A stretch of DNA of 64,000 nucleotides from Nemertoderma westbladi (Eukaryota > Animalia > Xenacoelomorpha): the NCBI GenBank assembly GCA_032718475.1, contig JAUCBJ010008887.1, positions 1 to 64,000 of the forward strand, in the 5' to 3' direction. The stretch's first letter is position 1. Each line of letters begins with the position of its first letter. Below the pieces are notes generated by a model. That model had not been told where the DNA came from and ran no database searches. It was given only the letters and a program-made list of their open reading frames with translations. Positions 10,926 to 22,865 of the stretch are shown here, piece after piece. A program made the position numbers and the translations under genes.

Positions 10926-11963
10926 GTTTACTCTAAGCATGTAATGTGATGGGATAATATAATTGTTTTAATGTCAATAAAAATAATTAAAACATTAAAA
11001 TCTATTTTTTTTATATCTCAGTGACTGAAGGTGTAGGGCTTAAGTTTATACTCACAAACACACCGTACCTACCAGTAGCCGGCTGTTGTATCAGAGTTGA
11101 ACTACCAGTAGCTGACTTTACACACATACCGACATATACCAACAACGCTAAACTGTAGAACGGCAGAATGGCACCGACCGCAACCACAGCGCTTTAGCGT
11201 TACCGTACTTACTAATAATAAAATTAAATTAACTCGACATGGGGGTTCGTGAATACAGCATTAGAGGGACCCACCCAACAATAGGCCTACTGGTACCGAC
11301 ACTGTAGCACTCTTGTACCTGTATACTTGGATAGAGCAAGGGCATGCTGGTTTCTTCGATTTAAGGATTAGGCTATTACACTTGAATGCTTCCAATTTTC
11401 TGTTTACAACTTTAATTGGTCTAATCTACATTACTGTGGGCTACTACTGTCGCATAGGCAAGCCTATACAGCTATAGTTAACTTTATGCGGCCCCCTTTT
11501 TCGAATGTTGACCCAATATGGTTTGCGGATAGGTAAGGTACACCTTCATTCGGTTAGGCATATAGGCCTAATGACTACTCCTCAACTGAAAGCTGACTAG
11601 CTCATGGACACAATAGGTGTAGTTAGGTACCGGTAGCGCTATTGGACCTATAAAATCCCCTCGCACTCTCTGTTACTAACTTTCAACATTCACTTTATGA
11701 CAGTATGTTGTATGCTATACCGTTAACCTTTAGAACACACAGTCGGGAACCCCTCATTCAACCAGTCATATAAAGGCTCCACTCGGATACAATAGGTGAG
11801 GCTCGCCGTATACCTAACTAAGCCTATATAAAATCCACCACATTCTCTGTTACTAACATTCACTCTATGTTGACGGGACTATATAAAACATAGTTAGTTT
11901 ATTTATGTATTCGCTTTTTTTAAATTAGATATAAAATAGGTTCGACCTACTAAGTTTTATAAG

Positions 11964-12295
<332 letters not shown>

Positions 12296-12322
12296 CTAAA
12301 TTTATTACCATATTATACTTTT

Positions 12323-12973
12323 TTATATACCTATATGAGGATCCCTCAGAGGTGTTTCCCCCTTTACCGGTACCTGTAAATGGTTGTTTGAGGAGTTTAT
12401 AGGCCTAACTTCTACCGGTCTTTGCATCGGTAGATCGAAGCTGTTTGAGGAGTTTATAGGCCTAACTTCTACCGGTCTTTGCATCGGTAGATCGAAGCTG
12501 TTTGAGGAGTTTATAGGCCTAACTTCTACCGGTCTTTGCATCGGTAGATCGAAGCGAAGCGTATTATCAACATCATTCTCCCAATTCTCCGAATTTTCAC
12601 TAGAGGGTGAGCTTCCTGGTATTTGAGGTTGTATCCTTATATTGAGGGTGAAATCTTTAGAAATTTCAACCTTTGTTGGTGATAAAGGTAGACCTACTCC
12701 ATATTCTACCGAAGTAAACCCGATCTCAAATTTTTGGTTTATATATCGCAACTCCATCTCGGCAATATTGGATGCTGAGAGATATGTTTCGTCGCTTGAT
12801 TGCAAATCGATTTTGATACAACTTTTCAACCCTTGGTTATTAAAAAAGGCGAATGTCATCTTCCTTCGAGGTAAGTTGTCGTCGTCGTAACTACCGGTAA
12901 GAATATCTTTAAATTGAATAGGTAGGCCTACTGGTATTTTTTTCTTCTTTTGTTTAACAAAATTATAGTTCAC
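12323..12973 (-). CDS. Polinton orphan protein with three 19-aa tandem repeats (FDLPMQRPVEVRPINSSNS)
   Basis: 216-codon ORF co-oriented with the pPolB block; 57-bp repeat x3 at about 12385-12555; start codon uncertain (GTG 12973 or an internal ATG). Confidence 0.6.
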   Translation of the reverse strand: MNYNFVKQKKKKIPVGLPIQFKDILTGSYDDDNLPRRKMTFAFFNNQGLKSCIKIDLQSSDETYLSASNIAEMELRYINQKFEIGFTSVEYGVGLPLSPTKVEISKDFTLNIRIQPQIPGSSPSSENSENWENDVDNTLRFDLPMQRPVEVRPINSSNSFDLPMQRPVEVRPINSSNSFDLPMQRPVEVRPINSSNNHLQVPVKGETPLRDPHIGI

Positions 12974-13545
12974 TGGTAGAAAAATTGAGTTTATATATAT
13001 TTTTGTAGAGGGTCGCAGATGTGTACATTACAAAATTCTCATAGTTAACAAAATGCACAACATAAACCTTTCCCATGCGGATTAGCGATATATGCTCTGT
13101 TCATTGTTCTATTCTGAATGTAGGGAGATGCATAGCCGATGTTTTAATGATATGTACCGGTATACAGACTAGTAACAGATAGGAGGGCATCGTCTTTGAC
13201 TATGAATACCAGCACATAGCCCTAATCTTTTCTCACTGAGCTTAGCGTTGTCTGCTGCACACACACGCACACTCATAAGTAACAGATGCGCTATTGTAGC
13301 TCACTCGTGAGCAGCGATGCTTAGTTAGCTAGCTAGCTAGCTACGGCCACGGAGTATACTATGCCTACTTGAGTGTTACAAGCAATCGCTCTACTGAAGT
13401 TAGTTAGTTAATTTCCCCTCAAACTAGTTGTTGATTTTAAAAAAAATATTCATAAATTTTTTTTTCCAGCCAATTTAATATATATATATATTTTACAGTA
13501 AAAATCTCCACCACCAAACAGCAACAACAATAAATTTCACTCGCA

Positions 13546-14127
13546 CTAATTATATTTTACAACAAAAACCCTCGCACCAAACAATAATAAATTATTAACC
13601 AGTTTGTTGAATATAGGATAATATATATGAAATTTAAACGGGGAACATATTAATGTACATTTACCAGTGTAGAAGCAGCAAACAACAACATTATTATTTA
13701 TTCTGACTTTACAGTTATTGAATATTTCGGGATCGTATGAAATTTCTAGTTTAACATTATCAAATATAACATAAAACCCGATATTGTTTATAAGTAACCT
13801 ATAAATTACGGTATCTATACTAAAAATATAAGTACACAAATTGATTGATTTAAAAATCAAATTAATGTTTGTTTTTTCGAATATATGCTTTTTCACTTTA
13901 TTAAAATTATATTTTCTACCGAGAATAGTTATTCGACCATTTGTAAACATTAATATGGTTGCACCAAATACCTTATATATAAACTGATTAGGTTTGAGTA
14001 CAATTTTACCAGTCAATTGATTTTTTAATTCTTTTAAATTAAGTCCATAAATGATCTGCTTACAACTTATATTTTTATTTACTATTTGATAATTCATCAT
14101 CAACACCATCGTCTTTTGGTTCTTCAT
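13546..14127 (-). CDS. Divergent TATA-binding protein (TBP)-like protein; likely start at ATG about 14100/14097, overlapping the pPolB stop
   Basis: Two-repeat TBP core pattern: ATILMFTNGRITILG (cf. TALIFSSGKMVCTG) and SYDPEIF....R.....VVCCFYTGKCTLI (cf. SYEPELFPGLIYR...VLLIFVSGKVVLTG); length about 185 aa equals the TBP core. Confidence 0.75.
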   Translation of the reverse strand: MKNQKTMVLMMNYQIVNKNISCKQIIYGLNLKELKNQLTGKIVLKPNQFIYKVFGATILMFTNGRITILGRKYNFNKVKKHIFEKTNINLIFKSINLCTYIFSIDTVIYRLLINNIGFYVIFDNVKLEISYDPEIFNNCKVRINNNVVVCCFYTGKCTLICSPFKFHIYYPIFNKLVNNLLLFGARVFVVKYN

Positions 14128-17100
14128 AAATTGGTATATTTGATATTTTTACAGGTTTTTTGAGGTTTGTTTTATAGTGCCCCCAAGGAAGTGATTGATT
14201 TTTATTAACCCAATAAAGTTTATCATCAAAGCTACTGAGTGCAAATTTATTTTGCTTTAAGGTATAAATACGATGTAATTTAGATTGAAATCTGTGTATG
14301 TTTTTTTTTATTTCTTCATTTGAGTTATATGCTTTTAAATATTCTTCATGTGTAATATTCGTTTCCACAACAGCTCTTGTAATACCTTTTGCTCTACGAA
14401 TATTTTTGTTATTTCATTCCAAAATTGAATATAATTTTGGTCTTAAAAATACTGCTTGTTTAATTTCACGCGAGGCTAGTTCGTCTTTACAGTAATAGAG
14501 TCTGGATTTATTTTTATCGCTGTAGAGAGGGTGATCCTTAGGGTAATTGGAAGTATCTAAAATATTATTTTTAATTAATGCTTTTAAAAAATTATTCTGC
14601 AATGTATTATAGTAACAACCTATTAAAGAGTCGGTATCTGATGCAGCAATTTCAATACGGCAGTTTAATTCTTTCTCAATAGGTAGCAATTTATTGTAGA
14701 ACAGCTCATACATATCCAATTTAGCCAAGTCCAACACAGCGCTACCAATAAATATAGACTTATCGAGAGTTACAGAGTCTTTTACTAATAAATGTCCCGA
14801 TAATGTATTATTGTATATTATAAATTGTTCATAATTAATACGATTTACCAATTGATCGCATTTATCATTGCTATTTGCGATACGAAAGTTACATCGATCT
14901 CTTATCTTTTCTATTGATTTGCCAAATAACGAATTATTGAGCAATTTCGCGACAGCTGTTTCAATGTAACTTTTTGCTACTCGCCTTTGATTATATTAAA
15001 ATCTATGTAATTTTTAAATACAAATTCTTGTTGAAAAGAATATAATTTATGTAGTTTAGTAACAATTAATCCATGTTTTATATAAAATTTTAACAGTTTC
15101 AAATGTAAATGATAAAACTCTTTATCAAATTGCGTCAGCAAGAGTTTTGCTGTAGGCATCCTATATTTACGGGGGGTACCTCTTTGTATCGATAAGTTAT
15201 TAAATTGTTCCCTCATATAAGGTGAAAGCATTGATTCATTTATACTTAAATGCTCTGGAGCTAACGGTAATTGTAATGTTTGATCGTGAATAGCTTTGGG
15301 ATAATTTAAATCACATATTAAAAAATATCCAGTAGATTCATCAATGTCTAAATCTACCAAGTACTCGATTAGTTGTTCTGGAATAGCATTCTCTAAATGT
15401 TTAATACTTACTTCTTTGAATTGTGAGGTGGGTAGTTTTTTACTTAAATTCCCAGAATATAAAGAGTTGAAATCAATATTAAAAATATGGCATTCTTCCT
15501 TAGTAGAATCATATGTACTTGTTCCTGGTATATTTGATTCTATATAATGCTTTCGACAAAATGAAACACCACCCCTAATTGATTTTTCAAAATCTCTATA
15601 TGTCTGATAATCCTTTATTAATTCTATTTTACATTTATTATATTTTAGTGCGCAATCATAGGTAAATGACGCGATACTACAGTAAAAAACCACTTCTAAA
15701 TCGTAATTTTGTTTATAAACATTCCTAAAATTCTCAAATATATCAGCAAGCAAACAAACATCGAGTTTTAAATAGGCTAAAAGATAATCTTTGAGATTCA
15801 CGCAGTCGAATTCTATCCATGATAATTCCGCAAACCTATAATCTTCAATTGTGCATGTTTTTTGACTTAAGTTACTAAAAAAATTATTTATAGATGGCAA
15901 ACCTGTATCATTAAATTTATTTATATCTGTCAAGTACTCGTATGGAAATACTCCTTTCCGTTTAATTGTTGAGTTATTCAAGTTTGGATAAAAATATTTC
16001 ATTTCTTGTAGAGTAATAGGTAAAATTGAGCTTATATCATGACTCGCTACATCCTTTGTTGAACACTCAACTAAATTACTTAAAGAAAAGCTTAAAAATT
16101 GATATGTGTCTAAGAAACGTAACTCAATTTTTTTAGAAGTGTTTTTAATTGGGATAAATGCACTCAGTGAAATATATCGTTCTGTATTTCTCGGTGTAAC
16201 CTTTATATCCCAATCTGTGTATTTCTTATCTCTAAATCCGGTTTGTAATATACAATGTATATCGTAGTTGTTGGAATTGTGCCCGCAAAGTACATACAGG
16301 TTTCGTTTCAATGATAAACTTCGGTTACAACTATTACAGGCTGCCGCAATATATTTACCAGTAATATGTGAATGATGTCTGTTTTTCCCTACATTATTAT
16401 TTAAAGTAACATTACAATAGAAACAAAATTTTGCTTGTTCAAAATTTACAAAATCAATATTAGTAAATGACATAGTTTTATGAGTGTATATGTCTGACCA
16501 ACAACATAATTCAGTTAAATCAGTATATAATGAATCTAAGAAATCTTGAATACAATTATTATTATTTGTCTTTACAAATGTTTTCAAATGACATTTTGGA
16601 GCGTCAAGTAATTCACTATTGGGAACAATTAAATAACTCACCGCACACGGTATATGCTCCTGTATAAATTGATTATTAATTGAAGGTTGTAAGATACATT
16701 CTATATCAAAGTAGGTGACAAACAATGGGGATAAGGTTCTATCTAAATTTGTAAAACTAATGTGTGTTCTTTTTTTATTAGGTAGTTTCTCTCGTTGACT
16801 TCTTCCTTGGTAGCATGCGAGACGGTGTCGATGAAGAACTTCTGCTCGAAAAAAATGAGCCAAACACCTTTCACAAAATTGCCTACCACGGGTATGAAGA
16901 GCTCTCGTATTCAGCAATCGATTCAAGTTAGTTATGCAAACATAATGATTCAGTTTAGGTACATTGTTATTTTTTACTACAAGTAATATATTTAATAACT
17001 GTTTATCAGGTGTAATTTTACTAAATGGAGGTTGTCTTAATATAGATACAGGGGTGTGTTTGTTGTCGTTATTCCAACATAGTAAATTAATTATATATTT

Positions 17101-18132
17101 TGAATTTTGTTTTTCAAAAAGTTTAATCGCTAACTGCCACTCTGTTGGATAATTATTTTTCCCGTTGTCAAAAATGAAATGACTCATATAATTTTTGTAC
17201 GACGAAGTACGCTGTTTGTTGTTTTTCACTTTGTTACTAAATTTTGCGGTTATAATAGCCCATTTGAAACAGTCATTATCAACCGATTGCATATTTATAA
17301 CACATCGTTTACTCGATAGAACCTTAGGTAATTCCATATATCCATGCCCCTTATAAAGTAACGACCTACACTTAGATTCCGCTAATTTAATTTCAACCCT
17401 TAATAAAGATTTAATACGCCACCCGGAACCACGTGTGTTAAAGATGGCTATTTTTTGTAATATATTTTCCAGCACATACTCAAACCATGTGTCAAAACTT
17501 TGTGATGAATCTACAGTATTAATAGCACCACCGGAAGAATTAAAATAAAAGGTTTCCAATTGCTCGCCTTCTGAAAAATATGATCTGTACATTAATACAT
17601 TTAGACCTAACCACAGTCTAAGAACATTCATTTCTTTCAATCTGTCTAATATTAACTGAAGAATATTACCTCGAATTTGCGTTAATGCTGTTTCTACATC
17701 GGGATAATCTCTAGAAGTTGGGAGTTCGTGGACATAAATTTCAAGACGATTATCGTGAGCTTCTTGTTCCCGCGTAAAAATTGTTGCGCATGTACCAAGA
17801 GCCACCCTTAAGTTTTTTCTAGATAATATATTTTTATGTTGCGGAAATTTACGCTTTCTTGTGTAGTAACATTTCAAGTGACAGTCGTGTCGTAAATAAT
17901 TCTCATATGTATACTCTTTATTACAGGTAGAACAAGTCAATTGATAGGTACGGAACTCCATTTCTTTACAACCAGTAGTTGATTCATGTCGTTTACAAAT
18001 TTCGCTGCATGAAGTCACGACATGACACTTAAAACAAGAATAACCTTCAAAATGTGACCGTAGGTGGCGTAAATAATTATGTCTAGTTACATTCATATGA
18101 CAGAATGAACAACATATTGTTATTTTATCCAT
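14075..18132 (-). pseudogene. pPolB: Protein-primed family-B DNA polymerase with two frameshifts (about 14980 and about 14415)
   Basis: Exo motifs YFDIE, GHNSNNYD and YLKLDV; RKGVFPYEY; polymerase motifs DFNSLY, KLLNNSLFGK and SDTDS; C-terminal KGI and ALSSFDDK. Spread over ORFs 14977..18132, 14414..14944 and 14075..14368. Confidence 0.95.
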
Positions 18133-18335
18133 GCTGAAGTTTGTTTAGATAAATAATAATAATAATAATAATAAAATATCTCCAAAGATTAAAATAAAAT
18201 GAAATGAAATGATATTGACTATATCTAAATATTTATATGCTAGCGAGTGAAATAATTTTAAACCAATCACCAAATACCAATCACCAATCGTCTATGGGTA
18301 TTGGAAACCTCAAAGAGTTTAACTTATGATCAGGT

Positions 18336-19393
18336 TTACATGTTAGGATAATAATCTGGTTTCCATGGAGAATTAGTAACTGGATCTACTGGAGCTGAGT
18401 TAACAGCAACTTTCTGTTTCTTTGCAGGTGATGCGTTGGTAAATTTACTCGATGATCTTGGCTTCCGAGGTAATATTTCAGGAAAGACCTGTTGCGGTTG
18501 AGAGCAACTCTCTTCAACATCCGGATTAGGTGATAGGATCTCTACGAATGCTTTAGGTTTATCCAAAAGGACAAAACCGTCTACATGGGCTTCAATAAGA
18601 GAAACACCATCCATAGCCTCTTTGAGAAAACTAATATGGGCTTTATCATTCAAGTAATGCAACTCAATAGAATTTCCACCTGCTCCTACTTCAGTAGAAT
18701 TATCAGTGTTGGTGATAATAATTTTTTTATTATTGGTTTTAATCATTTTGAGACGGTCTGATAATTGAATGATATTTTTATCAAAAAGATGCTTGTCTGG
18801 TTCATTGATTTGAGTGTCCCACTCTCGCAACAAAACGGTTAGTTCCAGATTTGACAAATTGAAACCCATATTATAGTTAAAACCAACACTATCAGCGTAT
18901 CTGAGGCTGATTTTCCATAAGCCAACATAGTTGGTTCCTTTAAAAGCTGTTACAAATCCGATAAACTCTGGATTTGATAATTCAATGTAGAATTGATCGC
19001 TAATAATCTCTAGCGGTGGTGAGAGAAATTGCAATAATTTCCCTCTGTATTGAATTAGAACTTCAGTAAAAGCTTTGTTGAGGACTTTACATTTGCCCTG
19101 TTTCTGAACGTAAACATCACCCGATGTGGGGTTGATAGAAATATTCAAATTTCCCCGCGCAAAACGAAGAGTGGGATATATCCTACCTGGTATAATTGCC
19201 GGTCTGGATTGATGTTGGTTGTTGTTTCTAGAATGTCTAGCAAATAGCGGGTATCTTGATAGGAAAAACAAATTGATTCGTTGTCCTCCTGAGATTCCAC
19301 AATAAAATACTTGCTGTGAACGGCGGTACAAGTATATTTATTGTAAGTAAATTTCCAGCTATTTGTTGCCCCGGTTTTTTGCGTTAAGGCCAT
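18336..19393 (-). CDS. Polinton ORF with PC4-like (whirly-fold ssDNA-binding/coactivator) domain(s); probably one gene with a frameshift between ORFs 19145..19393 and 18336..19331
   Basis: FVTAFKGTNYVGLWK....GFNLSNLELTVL resembles PC4 VSVRDFKGKVLIDIRE...KGISLNPEQWSQL; C-terminal NLS-like SPAKKQK. Confidence 0.55.
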
Positions 19394-19592
19394 AACAATA
19401 ATAAATACGAAAAATATTACAAGTGATAAATGTTAAAATTCACTCTAAAATTGTGTTTGGATGTAAGGAAGAATTTATAGTATCAATGAATGATAGTACT
19501 ATAGACTGGTTTATCTAGTGTCACGCTTGCTGTCTTTCACTAATAAGCGTAACACTAGATAAGCTAGTCTATATAGGTAGTACTATCATTCA

Positions 19593-21250
19593 ATGGTTGG
19601 AAAGCCCACTTTGAAAAGCTCCTCAATAATGACAGGGTATTGCCTGATAACTTTATAGAAGTAAAAGTGTCTGAGTCTGTACTCCCAGATATTCCCATTG
19701 GCGATATCTCCTTTGCAGAAGTGAAGACTGCTGCAAAGAGCATTAAGACCAATCGTGCCAGTGGAGTAGATGGTGTTCCCCCTGAGGTCTTTAAAATACC
19801 TGAGTGTTTAAAGCTCATCTATCCCATCATAGTAGACATGTACCGAACAACAAGAGTCCCACAAGAAATGAAAACGAATAAGTTGGTGCCAGTTCCCAAG
19901 AAGGGCAACCTAACACTCTATGGTTCTTTTCGTGGAATCTCATTGATCTCGATTGCTGCAAAACTATACAATAGAATTCTATTAAATCGCATCAGGGATC
20001 CCATTGAGAGACTGCTACGTGGAAATCAGAATGGGTTCCGTAAAGGTCGTGGGACCATGGAGCCCATTTTGGCACTTAGAAGGATAATTGAAGAGTTATC
20101 AAAAAAGAAAGACAGGCATCTGGCTGTTATCTTTGTTGACTTCTTCAAGGCCTTTGATTCAGTCTCTCGCTCACGTATGTTCAGCATACTTTCATTATAT
20201 GGGATTCCTGATGAAATTATTGCAGCAATCAGATCAGTATACGATGGTTCGACAACATTTGTGTCTACTGTTGACGGTGACACAGAACCATTTGAAGTGT
20301 TATGGGGCGTCCTCCAAGGAGACACACTTGCACCATTCTTGTTCATTATTGTGGTTGACTATGTTCTACGCATGTCCTTAGATCATCATAATGATGATGG
20401 GGTGATAATAACTCCACCTACTGGCTCCAGAAGTCGAGGAAATCCTGCCAAGTACCTAACTGATCTAGACTTTGCTGATGACTTAGGAGTACTCTCAGAA
20501 TCATTAGAGGGAGCCCAGCGGCTCCTCAGCTCATTAGAACATGCTGCTTCTAGTGTTGGTCTTTTTATTAACTCCAGAAAGACCAAAATTCTGACAGTTA
20601 ACTTTGAAAGTCCTCAGCAAGTCTCTGATCGGATGAGCATAAGCTCAAAGGATGGTATGCTTGAGCATGTGGACGACTTCTGTTACCTGGGATCATGGAT
20701 CCGGAAGTCAGGTGAGGACCTTCGAATACGTAAGGGAAAGGCATGGGCAGCCTTGAATAGGCTTTCCAGGTTTTGGAAGTCACCTAGAATTAATCGGAAA
20801 CTTAAGGTCCGATTATTTAGAGCAGCAGTAGTTCCAGTACTCCTCTACGGGAGTCCATGCTGGGCTCTAACTGCTGAGGACACCAAATCTCTGGATGGCA
20901 CATTCACAAGAATGCTACGCCGGGTACATTGTGTCAAGTACAATGCACACATCTCCAACCAGACACTATATAACATTGGAGGTGTCTCATTGGTTCCCCC
21001 AAGCTTGACACTAGAACAAAATCGCCTCCGCTTTGCAGGACATTGCTTTCGCCGTGAGGACCAGCCAGTGCATAATCTTGTACTTTGGCAGCCTCATGGC
21101 GTGAATAAGCATGGTGGACAGCCCATGACTTTCTTGAGACGCATCTTAAAGGACACTGGCCTTAAAGATGCGGATGATCTAGCAAATGTCATGGGTGATA
21201 GGGAGTTGTGGCGGTGCAATTTTGTTGAAAAGCCAGCACAGCATTCTTAA
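19593..21250 (+). CDS. LINE reverse transcriptase (5'-partial; endonuclease lost)
   Basis: WKAHFEKLLN, PVPKKG, FRGISL, QNGFRKGR, FVDFFKAFDSV, GVLQGDTLAPFLF, DLDFADD, FCYLGS, LLYGS..W, RLRFAGH; no stops. Confidence 0.95.
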
Positions 21251-21300
21251 AAATGCAGCTGCAATGCAGCATGCCGATCCTAGTAGTAGTAGTAGTAGTA
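19593..21300 (+). mobile_element. 5'-truncated RTE-clade non-LTR retrotransposon with (TAG)n tail
   Basis: RT ORF, very short 3' UTR, (tag)n tail at 21281-21300, and target-site duplication (tagta)ctatcattca at 19578-19592 and 21296-21310. Confidence 0.93.
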
Positions 21301-22865
21301 CTATCATTCATCGATACTAAAAATTCTCCCCCACATCCAAACGAGATTTCCTTTGAGTTACATAATTACGTTTAGAAACCCAATGTGGGAATCAGTATCA
21401 TTTATTCGAGTGTTTCCGACCAATGAATATACAACGAGTAAGATAATGTAGAAATTATTAAGGAAATGACACAATTTCAGAGTGAGAACAAAAAATTAGA
21501 TATGGTATCAATATATTACCATGAAGATTACAAGTGATGAATTTTAAATAAAAACATTCAGTTATATATAAATTTTTGAATACATGATTGTAGATGCGGC
21601 ATAATCAACGTAGAAGAGATGGGATGTGGCATAATCGACGAATAAGAAAAGAGATGGGTTGCAATGTGGATGAATGGTTGCGTGGATAGGAAATATGTGA
21701 AAGAATATGAATCATTGGGTTGTGCGTAATAATAATCAATAATTATAATAAAAACGCACAGTATAATGTTAGTAGTAGCCTTTCAATATGGCACAGATGC
21801 TGAGGGATCGGTTAGCTTGAGTAACTACTATGGAAATGCTCGTATACGTGTAGTTGACGCGTGGCGGAATTTCATGTATCATACTGGTTGGTTGGTTGGT
21901 TTGGCGACAGCAGTCGAGGAGTTGGCAATCGATATAATATAATATATGCGCGATGCGTGTAGATGGCCACGTCGTCACTATATACAGTATACAGTGGTGG
22001 TGGTAACGTGGCGAAAAGGTGAATAACATTAGGGTTAGTTAGTTAGTCAGTCAGTCAGTCAGTAGTCGAGTAAGGCAAGGCGGACATCGCGAGGTTAGGC
22101 TACGCTACGATTGGATGATGGCAACTGCCGATCGATGGTGACATATGGCGCGCACCGCAATTTAGCACCGGAATTTGGCATTTTTAATAGCCCTCCGAAT
22201 GGAATGCCCATAGCCCAAGCTAGGGAGGAGTTACGTCGAGGGCCATGCTTCTCCTACTACTAGTACATACTGTACTCTATGTGTATCGCTATCAATCGTG
22301 TTTCTAGAATATAATCGCAATACACTGATATTATCATAAATGCGTTTAAATCCGATGTGAAATAATTTCAGGATTAAAAAACTGTGGAGATGGTTTAAGC
22401 ATTTTACAGAAAGAATAAAGTCCAAAACTTGTAGCCCTAATAACATTCGTGAATACAGTAGGCCTAGACCTATAATCCAAGGAAGACGACCCCTACAGTG
22501 TCGCTATAAACGAATAAAAATAATCTTAAACAGTGAACATTACATTGTTGTGTCAAACTAATAATATAAATATCTCAATCTTTATAACTAAAATTAGCCT
22601 ACATCAAACAATAGTAAACTGTATGCTGTTACTGTAGCTAGTGAATGTTGTTAGCGTTGCCTAGCGATAAAGTGAAACAGAAAGTGGAACAGTAAATCAG
22701 AGCGTTTAAACTAAGATTTTCCCGCGATGGTGTATAAACCCCTCAATCTCAGCCGGAACTCGATCAATTTAAAAACGAGATTCGTGATCAGCACACCTTT
22801 TTACATTTTATGAACGTGTTTATTGAAAATTTTTTTTGAGTCACAAACCCTATTAATCATAAATT

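Larger units (their letters stand above)
19455..21342. repeat. Long imperfect inverted repeat (arms about 75 bp, loop 19529-19544), with the right arm split by the LINE
   Basis: Left arm gtttggatgt..gaattt.tagtatc.atgaatgatagtacta..tagact..ttatctagtgt.acgctt matches the reverse complement of 19545-19592 joined to 21311-21342. Confidence 0.88.

Noticed and set aside
22028-22065. Telomeric repeat (ttaggg/ttag)
   Set aside because: Only one TTAGGG followed by short TTAG/TCAG runs; better explained as TIR-internal simple repeats.
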